Source: Psychrobacter cryohalolentis K5
Lineage (GTDB): Bacteria > Pseudomonadota > Gammaproteobacteria > Pseudomonadales > Moraxellaceae
Direction of reading: 5' to 3'
DNA: 32,000 nt
Assembly (NCBI RefSeq): GCF_000013905.1
Contig: NC_007969.1
Coordinates: 2,730,001 to 2,762,000, forward strand
Position 1 is the stretch's first letter. Each line of letters starts with the position of its first letter. The translations under genes were made by a program, and so were the position numbers. The notes beneath the pieces were generated by a model, which made no database searches, was not told the DNA's origin, and saw only the letters and a list, made by a program, of their open reading frames with translations. Shown here piece after piece: positions 10,538 to 19,883 of the stretch.

Positions 10538-11881
10538 ATGGCTACAGATTTACAAGTCACAACCAACAAGCTATCTAACAAAGAAACTCAGTTAACGGTT
10601 AAAGTACCCGTTGAAAAGATTCAAAACAAAGTTGAAGGCCGTATTCGCCAAGTAGCGAAAACTGCCAAGATTGACGGTTTCCGTAAAGGTAACGTGCCTA
10701 TGTCACATATCCGTTCACAGTACGGTGCTGGCATTCAACAAGAAGTGATCAACGACGTCATCCGTGATACTGTATTTGAAGCGATCAAATCTGAAGACAT
10801 CCGCGCCGTTGGCATGCCGAATATCGACGACGTAAAACTTGAAGATGATTTCTTGGTTTATCAAGCCACTGTTGAAATCTTCCCAGAAGTTGATGTACAA
10901 GGTATCAATGAGATCGAAGTTGAACGTCATACCGCCAAGGTTGATGAAGCTGATGTTGACACCATGATCGAAAACCTACAAAAACAACGTGAAGAATTCG
11001 TTGAGAAAAAAGGTAAAGCGGACAAAGGCAATCAAGTCACTTTTGACTTTGAAGGCTCTATCGATGGCGAAAAATTCGAAGGCGGTTCTGCTGAAGACTT
11101 CAAATTGGTTATCGGTAGCAATCAGATGATTCCTGGCTTTGAAGCAGGCATCAAAGGTATGAAAGCTGGCGAAGAAAAAACCATCGACGTGACTTTCCCA
11201 GAAGATTATCAAGCTGAAAACTTAGCGGGTAAAGAAGCTCAGTTCAAAATCAATGTAAAATTGGTTGAAAAATCTAAGCTACCAGAAATTGACGATGCAT
11301 TCCTTGAGCTATTTGGTGTTAAAGAAGGCGGCGTTGAGAAGTTAAAAGATGACGTTCGCAAAAACATGGAACGCGAAATCAAAAATGCTGCTCGTAGCCA
11401 AGTAAAGCAAGCAACGTTTGATGCTTTGTTAGAAAAGAACGAGTTTGACGTACCTAATGCTATGCTAGAGCAAGAAATCGAGCGTCAACGCAACATGATG
11501 ATGCAACGTTTTTCTCAGCAGTTCGGTGCGAATGCTGATAGCTTCGATAAAGACATGCTACCAAATGAGTTATTCGAAGAGCAAGCACTACGTGCGGCAC
11601 GCCTTGGCATCATCGTTGCTCGCGTTATCGATACCAAAGGCTTAGAAGTTGACCAAGCTCGCGTTGAGACGTTCATCAAAGAAGCGGCTGAAAACTACGA
11701 AGATCCAAGTGAGGTAATCGAGTACTACACCACTGATAAGCAACAGCGCGCGAACATTGAGTCTGTTGTATTAGAAGACCAAGTGGTTGATTATCTAATC
11801 GAGCAAGGTAAAGTAACTGACAAAGAAGTTAGCTACCAAGACCTATTAGCTGCTCAGCAACAACAGCAGCAAGCAATGTAA
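10538..11881 (+). CDS. tig: Trigger factor (ribosome-associated chaperone / PPIase)
   Basis: Contains the ribosome-binding signature GFRKGNVP and the FKBP-type middle domain ([17 protein letters not shown]...[15 protein letters not shown]). I chose the ATG at 10538 (MATDLQVT) with AAAGG upstream; the track start at 10493 adds 15 unlikely residues. Unusual poly-Q tail ([10 protein letters not shown]). Confidence 0.93.
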   Translation: MATDLQVTTNKLSNKETQLTVKVPVEKIQNKVEGRIRQVAKTAKIDGFRKGNVPMSHIRSQYGAGIQQEVINDVIRDTVFEAIKSEDIRAVGMPNIDDVKLEDDFLVYQATVEIFPEVDVQGINEIEVERHTAKVDEADVDTMIENLQKQREEFVEKKGKADKGNQVTFDFEGSIDGEKFEGGSAEDFKLVIGSNQMIPGFEAGIKGMKAGEEKTIDVTFPEDYQAENLAGKEAQFKINVKLVEKSKLPEIDDAFLELFGVKEGGVEKLKDDVRKNMEREIKNAARSQVKQATFDALLEKNEFDVPNAMLEQEIERQRNMMMQRFSQQFGANADSFDKDMLPNELFEEQALRAARLGIIVARVIDTKGLEVDQARVETFIKEAAENYEDPSEVIEYYTTDKQQRANIESVVLEDQVVDYLIEQGKVTDKEVSYQDLLAAQQQQQQAM

Positions 11882-11930
11882 TCTAGCTAAATCTTTGCCA
11901 TTAACTGGTACTGACTGCTAAGATTGCTCT

Positions 11931-11964
11931 AAAAATGCCCTAACAAATTTGTTAGGGCATTTTT
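11931..11964 (+). terminator. Rho-independent terminator after tig
   Basis: ATGCCCTAAC-AAATTT-GTTAGGGCAT followed by TTTT, about 50 nt past the tig stop. Confidence 0.85.
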
Positions 11965-12009
11965 ATTGGTGGCTTATATGCTATCTTTATGGATAGATTA
12001 TAGACAGCA

Positions 12010-12040
12010 CCCTTGATAAGTACGCACAAACGCCCTATTA
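12010..12040 (+). promoter_or_regulatory. Candidate sigma32 (heat-shock) promoter upstream of clpP
   Basis: CCCTTGATA, a 14-nt spacer, then CCCTATTA. This resembles the E. coli sigma32 consensus CCCTTGAA-N13-15-CCCCATNTA. It sits about 250 nt upstream of the clpP ATG. Consensus match only. Confidence 0.4.
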
Positions 12041-12069
12041 ATAGGAAGTCATTTATCATTTGTCACATT

Positions 12070-12107
12070 AAAAAGTTACTATTACTCTGATAAAAAAGTT
12101 ACCATTA
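12070..12107 (+). repeat. Two 15-nt direct repeats in the clpP leader
   Basis: AAAAAGTTACTATTA at 12070-12084 and AAAAAGTTACCATTA at 12093-12107, 14/15 identical and 23 nt apart (start to start). Function unknown. Confidence 0.5.
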
Positions 12108-12288
12108 GCTCAATTATTTTAAGCTAATAGCCTTTATTACTGCTATTTATCAACTATTGATGCGATACCCGTCTCATTTAGCGTAATAGGTTTTATTATA
12201 AACCGACAATGTTTACAATGATAAACACCAATAAAAATTTAACGATTTTCTACTTTTTATCTTCTATCTTTATAAACAGGATATTTTT

Positions 12289-12984
12289 ATGACAGATTAT
12301 GATCGCATCACTGCCAACCCGCATTTTGATATGCTGATGAGCGCACACACTACTGCCCAGAGCGCACAGTATAATCAAAGCGCAACCCAAGCAGCATTAG
12401 TTCCTATGGTAGTTGAGCAATCAGCTCGCGGCGAACGCTCGTTTGATATTTTCTCGCGTCTACTACGTGAGCGCGTTATCTTTTTGACCGGTCAAGTTGA
12501 AGACCATATGGCCAATCTTATTGTGGCGCAGCTGCTATTTTTGGAAGCCGAAAACCCTGATAAAGACATTCATTTATATATCAACTCACCAGGCGGCTCG
12601 GTCAGTGCTGGTTTGGCCATTTTTGATACGATGAACTTTATCAAACCTGAAGTATCAACCATCTGTATGGGCGGTGCTTATAGCATGGGCTCATTCCTGC
12701 TGGCTGCTGGTGAAAAAGGCAAACGCTATGCCCTAGCCAATGCTCGCGTCATGATTCATCAACCTTCAGGCGGCGCACAAGGTCAAGCAACAGATATCGA
12801 AATCAATGCACGTGAAATCCTAAAAACTCGTGCGCGCTTAAACGAGATTTTGGCTGAGCGTACGGGTCAGCCAGTAGATAAAATTGAAAAAGACGTCGAG
12901 CGTGATTATTGGTTAGATGCTAAAGAAGCCAAAGAATATGGTCTGATCGATGAAGTATTAGAGCGTCGCCCTGCTTCTTTATAA
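12289..12984 (+). CDS. clpP: ATP-dependent Clp protease proteolytic subunit
   Basis: 231 aa with [23 protein letters not shown], the active-site contexts [11 protein letters not shown] (Ser) and MIHQPSGG (His), and CAGGA 8 nt before the ATG. The N-terminus is about 24 aa longer than in E. coli ClpP. Confidence 0.95.
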   Translation: MTDYDRITANPHFDMLMSAHTTAQSAQYNQSATQAALVPMVVEQSARGERSFDIFSRLLRERVIFLTGQVEDHMANLIVAQLLFLEAENPDKDIHLYINSPGGSVSAGLAIFDTMNFIKPEVSTICMGGAYSMGSFLLAAGEKGKRYALANARVMIHQPSGGAQGQATDIEINAREILKTRARLNEILAERTGQPVDKIEKDVERDYWLDAKEAKEYGLIDEVLERRPASL

Positions 12985-13033
12985 TAGCCATTCTATGAGC
13001 AGCTGTATCGATGTAGCTAGTAGCACTGCTTAT

Positions 13034-13063
13034 GCTTAAGTGCTCTATATTAGGCACTTAAGC
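13034..13063 (+). other. Perfect 10-bp stem-loop between clpP and clpX, no T-tract
   Basis: GCTTAAGTGC at 13034-13043 and GCACTTAAGC at 13054-13063, with a 10-nt loop. No downstream U-run, so this is more likely an attenuating or mRNA-processing/stability hairpin than a full terminator. Confidence 0.45.
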
Positions 13064-13117
13064 GTTGATACGCACATCAGAATATTTATAAGTATAAAAT
13101 TTTAGGAGTGCCTGTAT

Positions 13118-14392
13118 ATGGCAGAAGATAACACCCCGCAGTGCTCGTTTTGCGGCAAAGAAAAAAGTGAAGTGAAGCAGCTGATTGCCGCTGACGATGC
13201 CAATATCTGTAATGAATGTATTGAGCTATGTACAGACCTTATCGCCGACAGTGACGAACATGGTGATGACGATAGCGATATTGATACCTCTTGGGTCAAT
13301 AAAAAACTGCCAACACCAAAAGAATTGCGCGCCAAGCTTGATGAATACGTCATCGGTCAGGATGCTGCTAAGAAAGCCTTGGCTGTTGCCGTTTATAACC
13401 ATTATAAGCGTCTAAAAGTTAGCCAAATTTTAGCCAATGATAGCAAAAAAGCTAAAATTGGTGCTGATGATGCAATGGTAGAATTGGCAAAGAGTAATAT
13501 TTTGCTGATTGGTCCAACAGGTTCTGGTAAGACTTTACTTGCGCAAACGCTAGCACGTCTACTTGATGTTCCTTTTGCGATGGCGGATGCCACGACTTTG
13601 ACCGAAGCCGGTTATGTCGGTGAAGACGTTGAAAACATCGTACAAAAGCTATTACAAGCATCAGATTATGATGTTAGTAAAGCGGAGCAAGGCATCATCT
13701 ATATTGATGAGATTGATAAAATCAGCAAAAAAGGTGATAACCCTTCTATCACGCGTGATGTGTCGGGTGAAGGCGTACAGCAAGCATTGCTAAAACTTAT
13801 CGAAGGTACGGTCGCGGCTATTCCGCCACACGGTGGTCGTAAGCATCCGCAGCAAGAGTTGATCCAAGTAGATACCAGCAATATTTTGATTATCGTTGGT
13901 GGTGCGTTTGCCGGTCTTGATAAAGTCATTCAGCAGCGTACTGAAAAGACAGGCATTGGCTTTAATGCTGATGTCAGCTCAAAAGATGATAGTCGTCGTA
14001 GCTCAGAACTACTGCAACAAGTAGAGCCTGAAGATTTGATCAAGTTTGGACTTATTCCGGAGCTTATCGGTCGTCTTCCAGTACTTGCTGCGCTTACAGA
14101 GCTAGACGAAGATGCATTGGTTCAGATTTTGACGGAACCTAAGAACGCCTTGGTTAAGCAGTATAAGTATCTGTTTGATATGGAAGGCGCTGACATTACG
14201 TTTACCAAAGAAGCACTTGATGCGATTGCTAAAAAAGCGATGGCACGCAAAACTGGTGCTCGTGGACTGCGCTCTATCGTTGAAAATGCTCTGTTAGAGA
14301 CGATGTATGAGCTGCCTTCTATGAAGGATGCTAAGACTGTACTCGTTGATGAGCAAGTGATTAACGAAGGCAAGACGCCTGAAATTGCTTAA
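13118..14392 (+). CDS. clpX: ATP-dependent Clp protease ATP-binding subunit (AAA+ unfoldase)
   Basis: 424 aa. C4 zinc ribbon (CSFCGK...CNEC), Walker A GPTGSGKT, Walker [10 protein letters not shown] and the GARGLR sensor region. AGGAG upstream. Confidence 0.97.
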
Positions 14393-14445
14393 CTGTTAAC
14401 CTGCTACATCACTCGTTTTAATTAGCGAAAAGTTAGTTAAAATTT

Positions 14446-14487
14446 AAAAAAAGCGCTCAAACATGATTTATGTTTGAGCGCTTTTTT
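14446..14487 (+). terminator. Rho-independent terminator after clpX
   Basis: AGCGCTCAAACA-TGATTTA-TGTTTGAGCGCT is a 12-bp perfect stem, followed by TTTTTT. Confidence 0.9.
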
Positions 14488-14527
14488 ATGCTAAATACAA
14501 GGACTTCAGTTTAAAAGAAGCAACGAA

Positions 14528-14598
14528 ACACTAATGTTATAGCTTCTGTTTTCAATTTTAAAACACTTTACGTATTTGTATTTGATACACTAATGTTA
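14528..14598 (+). repeat. 12-nt exact direct repeat pair upstream of the cytochrome gene
   Basis: ACACTAATGTTA at 14528-14539 and 14587-14598, both followed by (C)TAGC. They lie 250-315 nt upstream of the 14844 start. Function unknown. Confidence 0.5.
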
Positions 14599-14843
14599 CT
14601 AGCAACCTACCGCTTCATTCTTTGTTATATTTCAAGCGCTAGAGTTAGGCTGCTGAGCAACTAAGATTGCATCAAAGACTCGATATTACGTGTTATTTTT
14701 ATGCTGTTCTAAAGATTATCCTTATTTTTACTGCTCTTAGCCTTTTACTGACACAAAATATCGAGTTGGTTCTACCATTATGGCACCTAAACTAGCATAT
14801 AAATTTAAATTTCTATATTACTTTTTAAAATAAGGATATTCCT

Positions 14844-15827
14844 ATGAAAACGCTCCTATATCCTAAGTGCTCCGTTTTGATAGCCACTGTGTTTGCCATT
14901 AGTGCTGTCGGTATTACTGGTTGTAGCGATCACACTGAAACCAAAGCCGTTGACCGTGTCGAAGAAGCGGCAGCATTGGCACGAGTAAAAGATCTCGAAG
15001 CACGCGCTGAAGTTATTAAAAGTAACATGCCAGCTGCCAATGACATAACTGCGACCGCAGGTGGCACTGATACGGCAAGTGGCAAGCCTACTATTAAGAT
15101 GCCAGATGAATCTACGATTCCAGATGATGAGTTTGGTGCCGCTGTGCGTCGCGGCTTACAAATTGCCAATCACACTTATAAGGAGATGCCAAATAACGTT
15201 GGTAATCAGCTGAACTGTACAAGCTGTCACCTTGGCAATGGTTCAGAGGCTTATGCTGCACCTTGGAACAATATGCCCAGCGTCTATCCTATCTATCGTA
15301 CGCGCGCAGGTCGTGTCAATACGATACAAGAACGTATTAACGGCTGTTTTGAGCGTTCGATGAACGGTAAGGCACTGGATCTTGGTTCAGATGATATGAA
15401 CGCAATGGTGGCTTACATGAGCTGGTTGTCACAAGACATGCCATTTGGCGTATCGCCTGAAGGTCGTGGTTTTGTCAAAGTGGATAAAAACCTCGAGCCA
15501 AACACTGACAATGGCAAAAAGCTATTTGCAGAGAAGTGTAGCGTTTGTCATGGTGCAACTGGTGAAGGTCAGTATAACGACGATGGCACCTACGTTTATC
15601 CTGCTGTCGCTGGTGAAAAGTCCTTCAATGATGGTGCTGGTATGGCACGTACCTATACGGCTGCGGCATTTATCAAAGGCAAAATGCCCTTTGGTCAAGG
15701 CAATACGTTAACTGACCAAGAAGCCGTCGATATTGCTGCTTACTTTACTCACTTGCCACGTCCGGTAAAAGCCAATAAAGACAAAGATTGGCCAAAAGGC
15801 GACGCCCCTAAAGATGTACGTCGCTAA
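14844..15827 (+). CDS. tsdA: TsdA-family diheme c-type cytochrome (putative thiosulfate dehydrogenase), predicted lipoprotein
   Basis: Two heme-binding motifs: CTSCH (aa 125-129) and CSVCH (aa 232-236). The conserved RINGCFERSMNG has a Cys 39 aa after the heme-1 His. KGKMPFGQG has Lys-Met 44-45 aa after the heme-2 His. Also has the FNDGAGMAR motif. Lipobox ITGC with Cys27. AAGGA 8 nt before the ATG. Confidence 0.75.
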   Translation: MKTLLYPKCSVLIATVFAISAVGITGCSDHTETKAVDRVEEAAALARVKDLEARAEVIKSNMPAANDITATAGGTDTASGKPTIKMPDESTIPDDEFGAAVRRGLQIANHTYKEMPNNVGNQLNCTSCHLGNGSEAYAAPWNNMPSVYPIYRTRAGRVNTIQERINGCFERSMNGKALDLGSDDMNAMVAYMSWLSQDMPFGVSPEGRGFVKVDKNLEPNTDNGKKLFAEKCSVCHGATGEGQYNDDGTYVYPAVAGEKSFNDGAGMARTYTAAAFIKGKMPFGQGNTLTDQEAVDIAAYFTHLPRPVKANKDKDWPKGDAPKDVRR

Positions 15828-15856
15828 TTTAAAAATGTTATAAATGCTAGAAGAAC

Positions 15857-15892
15857 GAAAAGCCCAGTTATCTTAAATAACTGGGCTTTTTG
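15857..15892. terminator. Bidirectional rho-independent terminator between convergent genes
   Basis: AGCCCAGTTAT-CTTAA-ATAACTGGGCT is an 11-bp perfect stem flanked by AAAA and TTTTT. It lies between the stop at 15827 (+) and the stop at 15956 (-). Confidence 0.9.
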
Positions 15893-15955
15893 ATTTTCCT
15901 GAGTTCTTCCTTAAATCTTAGTTTTTAAGGAATGCTGCTTATTTTTCAATGGATA

Positions 15956-17050
15956 CTAAGGCAGTTTCATATCGCCATCGACCAACCAACCAAATCGACG
16001 CATCATATAAGCCACAACGCCAGCAATCACAGCAGGCAATATAAACATCAATAAAATAATCGCCGTCCATAATTGACCCGTACTCATAATCTCTTTTGAC
16101 GCTTCAATCACGCCAAATACGCCAACCAGTCCTGCGGTTCCCATACCTGCGCCTGTAGCCGTACATGCTAGCTCAAAGCCGACGGTCGCTATCGGACCGA
16201 CGATAGCACTTGCTATAACAGCCGGTAATAAAATAATGGGTTTTCTGAGCACATTAGGAATTTGTAGCATACTAGTGCCCAAACCCTGAGACACAACCCC
16301 ACTTATGCCGTTGTCCTTAAAACTGGCGACGGCAAAGCCAATCATATGTGCCGCGCAGCCTACCACTGCCGCCCCACCTGCAACTCCGCCAAGTCCAATA
16401 GCAATACAAATCGCCGCACTCGATGTCGGCATCGTTAGCAATATACCGACGACAACAGCGATTACGATTCCCATTAATAATGGCTGTAAAGTAGTGGCTG
16501 CTTGAATCCCTTGACCAATGGCATTGACCGCAGCAACAACAGGAGGATTGAGCAGCGCACATACGGCTAATGCCACCGCGCAGATCAGTAAAGGTACCAG
16601 TAGAATATCAAGCTTGGTCTTGCCTGCAACCCATGTACCAGCGCGATAGGCAAAAACTGACGCCAAATATGCACCGATTGGATTACCCGGTAGCGCAGCA
16701 AAGGTGGCAGGACCTGCTTCTTGAGCAATAAATAGATTACCTGCCATTAATGCTTCAGAGTGAGCGCCCAACATACCAGCGACCAAGCAGCTAAGCATTA
16801 CCAAAGTTGGCGCTTTTAGATAATAAGCAATGCCGACACCGATGCCCGCGCCCATTAACACAGATGCCAATTTTCCGACGGCAATCAGTGTTGGAAGATT
16901 TAGCCAACCACCGATTTGCGAGATGATAAGACCCGCTATGAGGGTGACAAAAAGCCCCAAAGCCATACCAGTAAATGCATCAATAAAGTATTTTTGAAAA
17001 AATGCTTTAAAAGGACTGTGCGTGGTTACTGCTGAATTAGATACCGTCAT
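15956..17050 (-). CDS. Polytopic inner-membrane protein, PTS EIIC_2-like permease family (tentative)
   Basis: Highly hydrophobic and Gly/Ala-rich throughout, roughly 10 predicted helices. The N-terminal FFQKYFIDAFTGMALGLFVTLIAGLI and the GLGTSMLQIPN motif resemble what I remember of the stand-alone PTS_EIIC_2 family. ATG at 17050 is preferred over the TTG at 17089 used by the track. Confidence 0.5.
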   Translation of the reverse strand: MTVSNSAVTTHSPFKAFFQKYFIDAFTGMALGLFVTLIAGLIISQIGGWLNLPTLIAVGKLASVLMGAGIGVGIAYYLKAPTLVMLSCLVAGMLGAHSEALMAGNLFIAQEAGPATFAALPGNPIGAYLASVFAYRAGTWVAGKTKLDILLVPLLICAVALAVCALLNPPVVAAVNAIGQGIQAATTLQPLLMGIVIAVVVGILLTMPTSSAAICIAIGLGGVAGGAAVVGCAAHMIGFAVASFKDNGISGVVSQGLGTSMLQIPNVLRKPIILLPAVIASAIVGPIATVGFELACTATGAGMGTAGLVGVFGVIEASKEIMSTGQLWTAIILLMFILPAVIAGVVAYMMRRFGWLVDGDMKLP

Positions 17051-17142
17051 AGCGATACTCTCGGTTAGTGTGGCAATAAAAAATTTCAATATAGTGGGTT
17101 AAGCTTAGAAAAAATACGCCGCTATTAGCAAAAAAAACGTAT

Positions 17143-17171
17143 AAAAAAAGCGCCACTGTGACGCTTTTTTT
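17143..17171 (-). terminator. Weak putative terminator after the argS-SPOR operon
   Basis: A7-GCGCCACTGTGACGC-T7. The short imperfect GC stem is flanked by symmetric A/T runs, 25-50 nt past the stop at 17196. Confidence 0.35.
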
Positions 17172-17195
17172 CTAAACAATCAAATCAACCTAAAA

Positions 17196-17987
17196 CTAAC
17201 GACGTTGTTCAACGATAATAGAATCAATCCCGTTATTTTGCAGGCGCTGCTGAGCAGTAGCAACGGCTTGACGACTATTCATTGGGCGTGAGATCACCTG
17301 ATAGATAGGCAAGCCATTACCAGTAGTGTTTTTAACGACTTTCGCATCAACACCTGCCATCAGTACTTGCGCACGGCGACGGTCGGCTTCATCAGCATCA
17401 CCAAAACTGTTAATTTGTAAGATATACGTAGCAGCAGGCTTAGCAGCTTGAATGCTTGCATTGCCAGCATTGGGTTTGTTTGCATTAGTACCCGGATTGC
17501 TTGTCGCTGGCGTACCATCGTAGGTCGCATCTTCTTCAATAATAACGATATCATCATTACCAGTAGCTGCGCCAGCATTTGGCGCACTGGTTGTACCTTC
17601 AGAAATATTACCCGTATCATCATTAGCACTAGGCACATTACTGTCAGTTTGATTGACAATCACATCCGGTTCAAAATCTATGATTTCACCCAGCTGGTCA
17701 TTGTCGGTCTTGTCAAATTCTTCATCAGGGACGGTTGCCATTTCTTGATTGGGTAAAATATCATAGAATTCATAATCACCATTGTCAGCATCAGGATCAA
17801 CTCGTTGCTGTATTTGCTTATTAGGATCTCCAGCCGTATCAGCGGGACTAAAATTAAACCATGGTGACAGATATAAGAATACCCCGATCATCAGCGTCAA
17901 CACTGCACCAACAAACATCCATAATAAGCCTGACGCACTACTTGTTTTGCGCTTTTCAGTGGCACCTCTTGGTTTTTTGGCTAACAT
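17196..17987 (-). CDS. SPOR-domain (septal peptidoglycan-binding) protein, FtsN/DedD-like
   Basis: Short basic N-terminus, one TM helix (LLWMFVGAVLTLMIGVFLYL) and a long D/N/T/G-rich low-complexity linker. The C-terminal SPOR-like domain is YILQINSFGDADEADRRRAQVLMAGVDAKV...YQVISRPMNSRQAVATAQQRLQNNGIDSIIV. Start is either ATG 17996 (track) or, preferred, ATG 17987 with GGGAGA 9 nt upstream. It lies 57 nt downstream of argS on the same strand. Confidence 0.8.
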   Translation of the reverse strand: MLAKKPRGATEKRKTSSASGLLWMFVGAVLTLMIGVFLYLSPWFNFSPADTAGDPNKQIQQRVDPDADNGDYEFYDILPNQEMATVPDEEFDKTDNDQLGEIIDFEPDVIVNQTDSNVPSANDDTGNISEGTTSAPNAGAATGNDDIVIIEEDATYDGTPATSNPGTNANKPNAGNASIQAAKPAATYILQINSFGDADEADRRRAQVLMAGVDAKVVKNTTGNGLPIYQVISRPMNSRQAVATAQQRLQNNGIDSIIVEQRR

Positions 17988-18053
17988 GGATCGCATTCTC
18001 CCTACTGAATCTATCTGTCATTATTGAATTATTACTATCAGTTGCTAGCTTTA

Positions 18054-19883
18054 TTACATGCTAGACGGTGCAGACAGCCCTAATAGACCAAGCCCGTTAC
18101 TGATAACTTGGCGTACTGCTTTAGATAAACGTAAACGAGCTTGCATCATCGCCATTTCATCGGCGCTTGGTGTCTCACCTGAAGTCAGGCTCACAGGCAA
18201 AATACGATTGCTATCGTACCAACCATGGAATAACGCTGCCAACTCTTTAAGGTAATTAGTCAAGATGTGCGGCTCATAACCTGTCGCTGAGCGCATCAAG
18301 GTAGCAGGATAAGCGGCAAGCAGCTTAATCAACTCCTCTTCACTTGGTGCAACAAGTAATTCTTGCTGCGCCGCACCTATCGCATCATCCACACTTAAAC
18401 CACTGGTTTCTAGTTTTTCTAACACACGGCAAACGCGGGCATGTGCATATTGAATGTAATAAACCAAGTTGTCTTTACTTTGCGATTTCGCAAGCTCCAA
18501 GTCAAAATCAACATGTACTTCAGGCTTACGCGCGACGTAATAAAAACGCGCTGCATCGTTGCCAACTTCGTGACGTAGCTCACGTAAGGTCACAAATTTG
18601 CCAGAGCGTGATGACATTTGTACTTTTTCATCACCGCGCCATAATGCGACAAACTGCACTAATACCACATCTAAACGGTCGGCATCGATACCAAGCGCCA
18701 ATAAAGCCGCTTTTACGCGCGGTACATAGCCATGGTGGTCTGCACCCCAAACGTTCACGACTTTGTCAAAACCGCGATCGAATTTATTTTTATGATAGGC
18801 GATATCAGAGGCAAAGTAGGTACTTTGCCCATTAGCGCGGCGTACGACACGGTCTTTTTCATCGCCAAAATCCGTCGATTTAAACCAGATATTGCCGTCT
18901 TTTTCGTAGAGGTAGCCTTTGTCTTCTAAAATCTGTAAGACTGGCTCAATCTCGCTATCAATTGATCTTTCACTAAACCAGCATTCATAACTCACACCGA
19001 AGTCATTTAGATCGTCTTTGATATCAGCCAAAATACTGCTTAATGCTGCATTTAGAAACAGCTCATAACCATTACCAAGTAAAGCTTTACTATTGGCAAT
19101 TAGACCATCGATATGGGCTTCTTTATCACCTGATAGCAGTACTTTTTCGCCATCGGCATTTATTTCGAACTGCGCATCTTCTGGCACGTTCTCGGCAATA
19201 TCTGCGAAACGATGTACGTAAGTATCAGCATGCTGCGTCTTTAATGTCTGAGCAATATCACTGACATAGTCGCCTTGATAGCCGTTGACGGGGAAGGTGA
19301 CAGTCTCACCATTGGTTTCTAGATAGCGCAAATAAGTACTGGTCGCTAAGATATCCATCTGGCGACCGGCATCATTGACATAGTACTCACGCGTGACATC
19401 ATAGCCAATCGCCTCAAGCAAGTTTGATACGCTCATACCAAATGCAGCGCCGCGACCGTGACCAACGTGTAAGCTAGAAGTTGGGTTAGCAGAGACAAAT
19501 TCGACCTGTATTTTTTGTCCGTCAAACTGCTTGCTTAAGCCAAAGCCATTTTGCAAATTGAAGATATCATCTAACACTGCAAACTTGGCTTCAGTATTCA
19601 AAAACACATTGATAAACCCTGGACCCGCGATTTCTATTTGGCGGATATCTTGATTCTCAGGCAATGCATTAACGATTTTTTCAGCCACTTGGCGCGGATT
19701 GGCTTTGGCAGCTTTGGCAGCAGTCAGGGCAATATTGCTGGCAAAATCACCATGGCTGGTATCCTTAGTACGCGTAATTTGGCTATTATTTTGCCAATCA
19801 GCCGGTAATTCGCCGTCATTTTTTAGGACTGCAATCGCACTGTCAAACAGTGAGGTAAGCGTATCGATTTGGGCTTGTGACAT
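18054..19883 (-). CDS. argS: Arginine--tRNA ligase
   Basis: 609 aa class-I synthetase with the HIGH-type motif (SANPTSSLHVGHGRG), the degenerate KMSKS region (QMSSRSGK) and a C-terminal anticodon-binding domain ending in M, as in ArgRS. Confidence 0.95.
   Translation of the reverse strand: MSQAQIDTLTSLFDSAIAVLKNDGELPADWQNNSQITRTKDTSHGDFASNIALTAAKAAKANPRQVAEKIVNALPENQDIRQIEIAGPGFINVFLNTEAKFAVLDDIFNLQNGFGLSKQFDGQKIQVEFVSANPTSSLHVGHGRGAAFGMSVSNLLEAIGYDVTREYYVNDAGRQMDILATSTYLRYLETNGETVTFPVNGYQGDYVSDIAQTLKTQHADTYVHRFADIAENVPEDAQFEINADGEKVLLSGDKEAHIDGLIANSKALLGNGYELFLNAALSSILADIKDDLNDFGVSYECWFSERSIDSEIEPVLQILEDKGYLYEKDGNIWFKSTDFGDEKDRVVRRANGQSTYFASDIAYHKNKFDRGFDKVVNVWGADHHGYVPRVKAALLALGIDADRLDVVLVQFVALWRGDEKVQMSSRSGKFVTLRELRHEVGNDAARFYYVARKPEVHVDFDLELAKSQSKDNLVYYIQYAHARVCRVLEKLETSGLSVDDAIGAAQQELLVAPSEEELIKLLAAYPATLMRSATGYEPHILTNYLKELAALFHGWYDSNRILPVSLTSGETPSADEMAMMQARLRLSKAVRQVISNGLGLLGLSAPSSM

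Noticed and set aside
13102-14373. Multiple short ORFs within clpX on both strands
   Set aside because: clpX is unambiguous (zinc ribbon, Walker A/B). These are frame shadows.
16305-16562. ORFs 16305..16505 (+) and 16317..16562 (-) inside the permease gene
   Set aside because: Gly/Ala-rich membrane genes generate long spurious frames. These have no SD and implausible composition (Cys/Arg-rich or Ala/Pro-rich).
17360-18064. ORFs 17360..17659 (-), 17448..17756 (+), 17782..18027 (+) and 17861..18064 (+) around the SPOR gene
   Set aside because: They overlap the low-complexity linker of the SPOR protein, or the argS-SPOR junction, in other frames. None has support from a start context.
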